NCBI RefSeq assembly: GCF_006345805.1
Contig: NC_043013.1
Coordinates: 5,642,001 to 5,706,000, forward strand
Origin: Octopus sinensis
Taxonomy: Eukaryota
Reading direction: 5' to 3'
Length of the DNA: 64,000 nucleotides
The translations under genes were made by a program, and so were the position numbers. Under the pieces are notes generated by a model that was not told where the DNA came from, made no database searches, and saw only the letters and a list, made by a program, of their open reading frames with translations. Each line of letters opens with the position of its first letter. Position 1 is the stretch's first letter. Positions 1 to 10,367 of the stretch are shown here, in pieces.

Positions 1-244
1 ATTATTTTGCATTGTTTTGAATTAATCCTGCATTATCTTATGGTTTTGAGATTTCAATGATGTGATTGAATATTTTTAGAATTACATTGTAGAGTAGGTG
101 TAAGAGGCTGGATCTGGCCAGTTTTACCAGAAAACAAGTAAAATACTTGGGCTGGTTTGTATGCGAAAGGGTTTAATCAAACTGTCCTTCCCCGCCCCAC
201 TTGCACTTCTTTTTAATTAACTTTAAAAAAACTTAGCCAACCCA

Positions 245-660
245 GGCGCAGGAGTGGCTGTGTGGTAAGTAGCTTGCTAACCAACGACATGGTTCTGGGT
301 TCAGTCCCACTGCGTGGCATCTTGGGCGAGTGTCTTCTGCTATAGCCCCGGGCCGACCAATGCCTTGTGAGTGGATTTGGTAGACGGAAACTGAAAGAAG
401 CCCGTCGTATATATGTATATATATATATGTGTGTGTGTTTGTGTGTCTGTGTTTGTTCCCCTAGCATTGCTTGACAACCGATGCTGGTGTGTTTACGTCC
501 CCGTCACTTAGCGGTTCGGCAAAAAGAGACCGATAGAATAAGTACTGGGCCTACAAAAAGAATAAGTCCTGGGGTCGAGTTGCTCGACTAAAGGCAGTGC
601 TCCAGCATGGCCGCAGTCAAATGACTGAAACAAGTAAAAGAGTAAAAGAGTAAAAGAGTA
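245..660 (+). mobile_element. tRNA-derived SINE, family A (young copy)
   Basis: Head GGAGTGGCTGTGTGGTAAG...GGTTCAGTCCC (A/B-box-like), internal (TA)/(TG) tract, (AAAAGAGT)n tail. Near-identical to 14334-14712 and 30372-30787, with CpGs retained. Confidence 0.85.
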
Positions 661-1465
661 ACCCTTCTGTACTCACCCAGGCTTGTAAAAGGATGGAACT
701 GAATACCACTAGGCATTTTCTATGGTATTCTATCAATCCATTTGAGCATATAACAGGAAGAATATTTCAGTTTGCATGCTAAAGGGTTGTTTCAATGTTT
801 AGCTTCTGACTCAGTCAAAACCCACAAGATTATCCACCCTCTTTCCAACAACTTTGACCCATTTTTGAATTCAGTATCTCTACCACCTGTAGGCATGCTT
901 ATAAAATAAAAAAACAGCAGAGTATCCATGATATTCAGAATAGTGAAAACATGGAATAAAGTATCCACTTTAATTGCTAGCTGGCAGGACACTGCATCCT
1001 TCAAACATTCCAGGCTCCCTAAAATTCACCAACACTATTCCTGTAATTAGATATGACCTGGCCACCCTTATAGTTAATCAGGTTGTCCACAAGGGAGCCA
1101 TACCCGACAACTGGTGTAGCAGCATTATTTTGTAAAGACCCCCTTTGGTCATGAATAACCATGGGATAGCACCTAGAAAGTTATCCTCCGAGACACAAGT
1201 CCAGGCAAGGTTGTTTGTGGAAGACCAGCAATGAACCATGCATACCAGTCTTTTTTCTCCACATCACCGATGTTATTGTCCGAGCAAAAGACAAAGGCTG
1301 ATGTGGCGTGGCACTACTGATGTCACAACTCATTTCTACAGCTGAGTGAACTGAAGCAATGTGAAAATAAAGTGTCTTGCTCAAGAACACAACATGCAGC
1401 CTGGTGCAGGAAGCGAACTCACACACACACACCACACATGTATATATGCGTATGTATATGTATAT

Positions 1466-1509
<44 letters not shown>

Positions 1510-1753
1510 ATATGTATGTGTATATATATATATATAAGAGAGCAAAAAACTCATGCACACAAATATGTGTGCAGTAGTATAGTGTAAGTATCCCCACCTG
1601 TCATGCAGGAGACTGGGGTTTGATTCCCTGATGGGGAGGCACATACTTTCACTGGTGATGCCTCAGCATGGCCACAGCCTTGGGGCTGAAACATAAAAGA
1701 ACAAAAGAATACATACATACATACATACTTACATACATACATACATATATATA

Positions 1754-1801
<48 letters not shown>

Positions 1802-2290
1802 ATATATGCATGCATAGATATCGTTATATGCGTATGTATACATATATACATACATATATATATATATCTTTATATATGTATGCTTGTAGGTATGTGCGGA
1901 CATATGCATGTATCTGCGTGTTTGTATAGGATAAATAATAGAGCAGAGAAGAGAGAGATGGAAGGAGAGGAGGATGGGAGGGAGAGAGATGGAAGGAGAG
2001 GAGGATGGGAGGGAGAGAGAAAGAGAGGTGGGGGGAATGAATGAAAGAGGGGAGAGAGAGAGCAGAGATCATCTGCTGTACCTGGCTATGCCTAAGGCCT
2101 GACTAAACAAAGAGCCTATTTTCAGGTGTCAATGAAGACATTATTATGAAGATACATCGTAGCTGACTCTTAATTGGCTGAAATATTTAATTCATTTCAC
2201 CTACTACAGCAGGCTTAATGATGACACCTTCCTCAGACAAACTTCAGTATTATATATTTATATCTAACTCTCTGTCTGTCTGCCTGCAAG

Positions 2291-2350
<60 letters not shown>

Positions 2351-2524
2351 TCTCTCTCACTCTCTCTGTCTAGCTGTCTATATTTAGGTTATATATCTTG
2401 GGTGAATAATAAAACCTGGCAAAGGACAGATAAATGCAGGACAGTCAACAACCATGTGCTATCATATATATATATATATATAAATATATTATATATATAT
2501 ATATATATATATCATCATCATTCA

Positions 2525-2671
2525 TCATTGTTCGACCGTGGTCGAGACAATGGAATTTACCATGCTACGCCAGACTTCACGGTCCATCATGGCATTACGG
2601 TGGTCCTGTTGCTGGATGCCTGTATCCCTGGAGATTACATCAGGGTAGGAGAGTGTGCGCCCTCTGGTATA
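2525..2671 (-). mobile_element. Young 5'-truncated non-LTR retrotransposon 3' end (RTE/RTEX-like)
   Basis: Open frame YTRGRTLSYPDVISRDTGIQQQDHRNAMMDREVWRSMVNSIVSTTVEQ*, resembling RTE-type ORF2 C-termini (..DR..WR..V). The stop codon runs straight into a (TGA)n tail; CpGs retained. Confidence 0.6.
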
Positions 2672-2673
2672 TA

Positions 2674-3400
2674 TCATCATCATCATCATCATCATTAGCG
2701 TCCGTTTTCCATGCTAGCATGGGTTGGACGGTTCAACTGGGGTCTGGGGAGCCCGAAGGCTGCACCAGGCCAGTCAGATCTGGCAGTGTTTCTACAGCTG
2801 GATGCCCTTCCTAACGCCAAACCACTCCGAGAGTGTAGTGGGTGATTTATGTGCCACCGACACAGGTGCCAGACGAGGCTGGCGAACGGCCACGCTCGGA
2901 TGGTGTTTTTATGTGCCACGACACAGGTGCCAGACGAGGCTGGCAGACGGCCACGCTCGGATGGTGTTTTTATGTGCCACGACACAGGTGCCTGATGAGG
3001 CTGGCGGACGGCCACGATGGATGGTGTTTGTTACGTCCCCAAAGCACGGAGGCCAGTCTATGCGGTACTGGCTACGGCCACGTTCGGATGATTTTCTTGT
3101 GTGCCACCGGCACTGGTACCACAAAGATACAAATTCATTGATGTTCATCTATTTTGATTTGTTTTGATTGATTTGATTTTCACTTGCCTCAACAGGTCTT
3201 CACAAGTGTCACAAGAAGGAAGGTATGCACAGGTGGACTGACTACGTCCCAGGTAGGGGCCACGGGTTATGGCCTGACTAGTCTTGCCGGGTCTTCGGAT
3301 GGTGTTTTTATGTGCCACCGACACAGGTGCCAGATGAGGCTGGCGAACGGCCACGATCGGATGGTGTTTGTTACGTGCCCACAGCACGGAGGCCAGTCGA
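2674..3400 (-). mobile_element. RTE-type LINE 3' UTR with internal ~60-bp repeats and (GAT)n tail
   Basis: Reverse complement of the sequence that follows RTE ORF2 at 40343-40778. Reaches the ORF2 end (GAAGACCCGGC) near 3290. Confidence 0.75.
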
Positions 3401-3406
3401 TATATA

Positions 3407-3449
<43 letters not shown>

Positions 3450-5094
3450 ATATATATATGTTTGTATGTATATATATGTGTATATATATATATATATATA
3501 TTATATATAATATATATATATCATCATCATCATCGTTTAGCGTCCGTTTTCCATGCTAGCATGGGTTGGACGAGCTAGCATGGGTTGGAATATATATATG
3601 CATGTTTATGATACATGCAGAGACTGGTTTTACAACAGATCCCGTGAAAGTAACTCAAATGTCATCAATGTCCGGTTTTTGGAGGCTGAAATACAATATC
3701 CAATACGATCAATGTTACCCTTTACTTCAGAGCACAGTGAGGATATAGAGATGACCCTTGTCATATCTTTGCATCCTTAATACAGCCCCTGTTCACTTAA
3801 CTGCCTTACCAGTGGCCGAGAAGCCAGGAACGACAAAATGTGAGGCTAGTTGTTCAGTGCTGCCCTTATTTGCCATAATCTAAATTCTGCTCAGGCTGGG
3901 ACTTGAGGAATAGGAATTACAAGACAAGTCCCAGTTTGTGTTGAATTGCACTGAACAACCAGCCCCATTCTTTCCCCTCTCTGATTTCTCATGTGTCCTC
4001 TCTTCTTCATGACAACTCTTCCTGATCTCCTTTTATCATAACTCAACCTCTCGACTCTTCGCACAAAACCACTTTCCTTGATACTGTATCCCAAATCAAT
4101 CAAGAGTGGGCAGGGGTCTTGTCTTGCAGGTTACTTGATGACCTGACTAAAAAAAAACAGTACAGAGTGTATGCCATAAAGGGATTTGGCTTTAGAAAAG
4201 GCATCCATCAATAGAAACCTTGCCAAACCTAACATTGGAGCTCAATACAGTCCTCTGGCTCACTGGATCCTGTGAGACTATCCAACCCATGCCTGCACAG
4301 AATATGGTCATTAATTGGTGATGATGATAGTGATGATGATGATAGTGATGATGATGAAGATGATGTCTGTATGTATGTATAAAAATATATGTATAAAATT
4401 CAAAACAGATCAAAAAATGAAATGATGGTGAGATGTCTGTATGTCATTTGAATCAAGGGACCAAAACTTGGAAAATTACTATTTGTAAATTTCACAATAA
4501 GAGATATTCAGCAACAGTACTTTGGAGTACTTTGTTTGAAAATATAAGGACATAGATCGTGTCGTATAGCCAGCTGGAGATGATGTCTCCTGGGACTAAA
4601 TTGCAGCAACATTCATCCTAAACCAGGACTGCCATGTTATGTTGGCAAATAATCTTTACTCCTGAACAAAGCTTGTACAAAACTTTTACCACTTTCTTGG
4701 TCTCCATTGTAGATTCCATTGACAAACATGGTATGATGACTGGTAACTATTTCTGGCTGCAAGTTTTCTGTCAGACTGTCTTTCTTATAGAAGAGCTGCT
4801 TTCCACAGCTTTGTCAAAAATAACTAAAGCATGCATATATACAAACATATATACATACTTATATACATACATGCATACACACACGCATATACATACATAC
4901 ATACACACACACATACATACATACATACATACTTACATACATACATACATCTCCCTGAGAACTATGTTCAGGGTACACGTGTTTGTGGAATGCTCAGCCT
5001 CTTGTACGTTAATTTCACGAGCAAGCTGTTCCGTTGATCGTATCAGCTGGGACCCTCGTCATCGCAACCGACAGAGTGCTCCTACTATTACTAC

Positions 5095-5400
5095 TGTGAA
5101 GGTACAATGGTCCAATGGTTAGGGCAGTGGATTTGTGGTCGTAGGATTGCAGTTTCAATTCCCAGACCAGGCGTTGTTAGTATTTATTGAGTGAAAACAC
5201 TTAAAGCTCCACGAGGCTCCGGCAGTGGGGTAGTGATGACCCCTGCTGTACTCTTTCACCACAACTTTCTCTCGCTCTTTCTTTCAGTTTCTGTTGTACC
5301 TGTATTTCAAAGGACCAGCCTTGTCACATGCAGTGTCACGCTGAATCTCACCAAGAACTACATTAAGGGTACATGTATCTGTGGAGTGTTCAGCCATGGA
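5095..5400 (+). mobile_element. tRNA-derived SINE, family B
   Basis: Head TGGTCCAATGGTTAGGGCAG...GTTTCAATTCCC and body ...GCTGAATCTC...AAGGGTACATG. Copies at about 4925-5070 (+) and 5400-5570, 7920-8410, 21370-21630, 51600-51950, 54320-54650 and 60360-60670 (-). Confidence 0.7.
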
Positions 5401-5989
5401 GTGTGACAAGGCTGACCCTTTGAAATACAGGTACAACTCATTTTTGCCAGCTGAGTGGACTGGAGCAACATGAAATAAAGTGTCTTGCTCAAGGACACAA
5501 TGAGCCACCAGGAATTGAACTCACGACCTTACGATTATGAGCGAATGCCCCTAACCACTAAGCCACGCACCTTTACAAGTGATAGCAGTTGTAATAGAAA
5601 ACACACACCCAATATGTCACACAGAGGAATGGAACCAAAATCCATAGAGTTACGAAGCAAAGTAGTTAACCACCCAGCCACGCGAGAACTTTACATAACT
5701 TCAGCTATTTATAACCAAAACAGATCTTTGTCGGATTCCTCAGAGTCTGTTGGACTTTACTCTTTTGCAAAACAATATGGTTTAGCATCAAGTCAGCATC
5801 GAGTTTATTTGTTAGCAGAAGGGCAGAGCCTTCATTGTTAGATATAATGGTGTCACCTTTTGCAGCCGCCAGATTGTTGGATTATCAAACCGGCGGCACA
5901 TATATTATTTCGGTCAGCTGAGTTTTATGTAAACAGGTTGTTTGGTTTATGGTGTTCAGTGAAATGAAATAGCAGTGGGTGTGTGTGAG

Positions 5990-6327
5990 GGGTGGAGTTG
6001 CTTCTTGCAATCTTCATTGTCGTCATCGCTACCACCATCACCACCATTACCATCATCATCATCATCCTTATCATCATCATCATCAGCAGCAGCAGCAGCA
6101 ACAGTAGCAGCAATAGCAGCATTGATGTAATCACCGCAATTTATCATTATTGTCAACGCAACCACTTTCACCATCACCATCCCTATCACTACCACCACTG
6201 TCTTCATCATCATCATCATCATCATCATCATTACAATCGGCACCATAAGATCATTATTCTCACCGCTATCATCATCATCATCATCATTACCATCACTGAC
6301 ACCACCAACACTGCCATTGCCCCCACT

Positions 6328-6360
<33 letters not shown>

Positions 6361-6575
6361 GTTATCATCCTCATCATCATCACCACCATCACCAATACCA
6401 CCAGCACTGCCATTGCCCCCACTATCATCATCATCATCATCATCATCGTTGTCATCATAGTCATCATCCTCATCATCATCACCACCATCACCACCACCAC
6501 CACCACCACCACCACCACCAGCACTGCCATTGCACCCACTATCATCATCATCATCATCATCACCACCACCACTAG
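5990..6575. repeat. Compound (ATC)/(ACC)/(AGC) trinucleotide array with 3 higher-order units
   Basis: CACTGCCATTGC(C/A)CCCACTATCATC anchors near 6310, 6405 and 6525. Confidence 0.85.
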
Positions 6576-7137
6576 TTACAGGATAATTACTGTTGGCTTC
6601 TATATAAATATAGAAAGGAAAATAACAGTAAATTTATGTAAAACAGTTAAAATGCCTGAAACCTTAACTCTGTCACGGGTCTGCAGGCTCCTCAGGCCAG
6701 AGTTTATTCTGATTTTCATTGAATAAAAATTGACCATGACTACAATGCAACCCCTTTGTCCCCTAAATGGGATGTCAGTCCATTGTAGATTTAACCCCTA
6801 GCTGTTCTTGGTATGCATTTTCTGTTCAATGGACTGGCACAACATAAAATATAGAACTGTATAAAATGAAGTGTTTTGCTCAAGAAAGCAATGTGTTGCC
6901 CGGTACAGGAATTGAAATCATAACCTTATAATCACAAGTTCAACACTCTTACCACTAGGCTATGCTGTAGATACAGCTTGCTATTCTGTAATTCACTTTC
7001 TCTGGAGTTTATACACACACACACACACCACACACACAATATATATCTTGACTGAAGATTGAAGGCTTAGAATGTCCCGTCTGTGTTTTTTGTATCGTCT
7101 TCTAATGTTTTGGGTTCTTGTCCCAGTTTGTATTTTT

Positions 7138-7168
<31 letters not shown>

Positions 7169-7183
7169 ATGTATATAATATAT

Positions 7184-7633
7184 AGGCGCAGGCATGGCTG
7201 TGCAGTAAGAAGCCTGCTTCCCAACCACATGGTTCCGGGTTCAGTCCCACTGCATGGCACCTTGGACAAGTGTCTTCTACTATAGCCTCAGACCAAACAA
7301 AGCCTTGTGAGTGGATTTGGTAGACGGAAACTGAAAGAAGCCTGTCATATGTATATATATATATATGTGTGTGTGCGTGTGTGTGTGTGTGTGTGTATGC
7401 ATGCATGTATGTGTTTGTGTGTATGTGTGTGTGAGAGAGAGAGAGTCTTTGCGTTTGTGTTTGTCCTCCACTACTACACAATTGGAGTTGGTTTGTTTAC
7501 ATCTCTGTAACTTAGCAATTCAGCAAAAGAGAGTGATAAAATAAGTACTGGGTCAATACATTTGAAAACTCCTCAATGTGGTGCACCAGCATGGCCACAG
7601 TCTAATGACTGAAACAAATAAAAGAATAAAAGA
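7184..7633 (+). mobile_element. SINE family A (older, CpG-decayed copy)
   Basis: Same head, body and tail as 245-660 with TpG/CpA substitutions. Confidence 0.8.
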
Positions 7634-8141
7634 ATATCAGAATCTGTTCTCTGGAAAAGACCTTAAACTGCCTTTGGTGGGGGAGTCCCCAGCTTGGGAA
7701 ATCCAGGAGTTTTGAGGAGTGTGGGGTTTCCCCTTAATCACAACTACCCCAAAGTCAGTGCTGTGGTGTCTATTAACAGCCACAGTTATGGTTCAAACTG
7801 CATAAGATAGTCCTGTGGCTAAGGCATACAGAACTTAGAGGAGGGATAGCCTCTTAACATTTGTCATACAGGATCGCCAGGGTGTGGACATTAACTGGCA
7901 TTCTGTTGCAGAATAACGATGAGCATTCCTATTGATCCAATCAGCAGAACAGTCTGCTCATGAAATTAACATACAAGTGGCTGAGTACTCCACAAGGAAA
8001 TTCAGCATGACACAGAATGTGATAAGGCAGGCCCTTTGGAATATAGGTACTGCTCACTTCTGCCATCTGAGTCGGCCAGAGTAACATGAAATAAAGTGTC
8101 TTGCTCAGACATAACATGCTACCAGGAATTGAACTCACGAT

Positions 8142-8373
8142 GCTCATCAATCACACCCAAAGTATACTGTAGCCCACTGGACCAAATGATGCAGAAACTT
8201 ACAAAAAAATAACCCAGGTTAGTCAAAGGATCCACTCCTTTTTTATTGCAAGACAACGCCAGATCACACATCACAAAAATGACTTTGGCAAAACTACAGG
8301 AGTTGGAGTTGGAAGTTCTCCATCATCCACTATACTCACCTGATCTTGCTTCCACTGTCTACCACTTCTTCCA
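8142..8373 (+). mobile_element. Internal mariner transposase fragment embedded in a SINE B head
   Basis: SSITPKVYCSPLDQMMQKL...LQDNARSH...HPLYSPDLASTVYHF; nearly identical to 11492-11710. Confidence 0.85.
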
Positions 8374-8863
8374 TGAGCTGAATACCCTAATCACTAAGCC
8401 ACGTGCTTTTATGTATGGACATACTGTGACATTATGAACCAGTTCTCCTGCTAAAGGGTCAACAAGGCCTTGTGTTTCAAGGGTAACCTCATGAGAGCAG
8501 GAGACTAGCAGATTAGATTGTAAATAAACAGGCAGAAAGCAATGGGAAGCTACTGCTGTATTTTACCCTGGAAAAATAATTTTTCAGATTTTGGCATGGA
8601 GGGCCATGGTTGCTAATGCCTGCAGGCATGGCTCAAGAAAAGTGATGTTAGAATCAGCTTTCTCCTAGACTCTTGATTAAGACCGTTGAGCAAATGTTTC
8701 CACTTGTGTTGTGGCACAGTTGTGTGACGCTTATGACCAGCAGGTATAACAGGTATGTGGTGAGTTTCTGAGCTGAGATGGATATTTCCAAGATGTTTAG
8801 GTAGCTTGAGTGCAAATGTATTTCTCTGTAGCAAAGAGCAATGAGTTCATCCGTCTTTTTTAA

Positions 8864-9255
8864 AACACTTTATAACGATATTTCTGTTAAAATACACTGC
8901 CTTTGTCTCAATTAATATTGAAAATAATTAAGAATTTATTAAAATATTACTGTCTTAATTAAACTGATGTTTGGAATATGAATTAACATGAAATTTTAAT
9001 GGATGGTTTTAATTAGATCACTTCAAAATGGAAAGTGTGTACCATGGAACTGACGGCTGTGTTTTGAGAATTGGTGTCAAAAGGATGAAGAAAATTTTAT
9101 TCTATTAATATCAACTCATCCGAGTTCTTTGGTTCCATGGAATAAAATATCTATTTTAAAATAATCTAAATCAAAGTTTCCCTTTAAAATTTCTTGTTAA
9201 TTTATGTTCCAAAAATCTGCTAAAAAAGAACAATGCTATTTTAATAAATTAAGGG
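8864..9255. mobile_element. ~400-bp foldback TTAA-type MITE
   Basis: Long imperfect inverted arms 8966-9050 and 9132-9217; right end AGGG|TTAA. Related pieces at about 35540-35660, 41915-42150 and 42600-42960. Confidence 0.6.
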
Positions 9256-9718
9256 TTAATACTTGTTGTTTCCTTCCATAACTGAACATTTTAAAAACCC
9301 GATGGTTTCAAAAAAGGTTAAAAATGGAGGAATACAGTCAGTACGCATTTGTCTGTTATCCATGGTTTGTTACCCACGAGCAATTGGGAACAAGTTTCAA
9401 AATACTGGAAGATTTGAACTATAAACAGAAAGCAACATAACTAAGTACTCAACTAGTTCTGTCCCTCCACTGTTCCCAGTAGTAGTAGTAGTCGGCTAAA
9501 GGCCCAAGGTCTGAAATCTTAGGAGAGGGCAACTAGTTGATTACATCGACCCCAGTGTTCAACTGCTACTTATTTTGTCAGCCCCACAAGGATGAAAGGC
9601 AAAATTGACCTCAGTGGGATTTGAACTAAGAACATGAAGATGGATGAAATGCTGTTAACAATTCTGCCAGCTCATCACAATAATAATAATAATAATAATG
9701 ATGATAATAATAATAATG

Positions 9719-9759
<41 letters not shown>

Positions 9760-10191
9760 CCCTTCTTCAATAGGCACAAGGTCTGAAAATTTTTTTGTGG
9801 GTGTGGAGTAGTTGATTACATCGACCCCAATACATAACTGGTACTCTATTATATTGATCCAAAAGGATGAAGGGCAATGTTGACCTAAGCAAGATTTGAA
9901 CTCAGAATGTAGAGAGCCAGAAATGCTACAAAGCAGTCTGTTTGGAACCTGAATGATTCTGCCAGTTCACCCCATTTAAACCAGCAGTTTCTGAGAGGAA
10001 GAATGGTAAGTCAATATCGTCGTTGCCAGAACTCATTTTCTGCTATCTTTCATTGATTCTAGAAAGATGAAAGACAAAGTTCAGCTCAGCAGCTTTTGAA
10101 TTCAAAAATGAAAAGCATTTCGCTTGACACTTTCAGGATTACGCCAACCCACTGCCTTCTTTGTTGTCTGCTGCTGCTGCTTCTGCTGCTG

Positions 10192-10266
<75 letters not shown>

Positions 10267-10367
10267 GTTTCAGATTTTGTAAAGTCAACCTTTGTAGAAT
10301 TTGAACTCAGAATATTGCTTAGGCATGGTGTGCAAACGATTCTGCCTGATCACCACCTTAATAATAA

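Noticed and set aside
213-467. Recurrent MLG..THIYIY..RRASFSFRLPNPLTR ORFs
   Set aside because: Antisense frames of SINE family A.
2724-3167. Recurrent MDG.../MLAWVG... ORFs (also near 13190, 29616, 31202, 33674, 56792 and 57578)
   Set aside because: Incidental frames in the RTE 3' UTR repeat, not a gene family.
3891-4103. 70-aa minus-strand ORF, and a TGA-rich alternative frame as a possible selenoprotein
   Set aside because: No homology recognised; that frame also has TAA stops and I saw no SECIS.
5855-5900. GCCGCC...GGCGGC hairpin in a small CpG patch
   Set aside because: Short stem with mismatches; no recognisable RNA family or coding frame.
5992-6726. 244-aa ORF (Ile/Thr/His runs) and overlapping minus-strand ORFs
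   Set aside because: Stop-free frames of an (ATC)/(ACC) microsatellite; no splice signals or protein homology evident.
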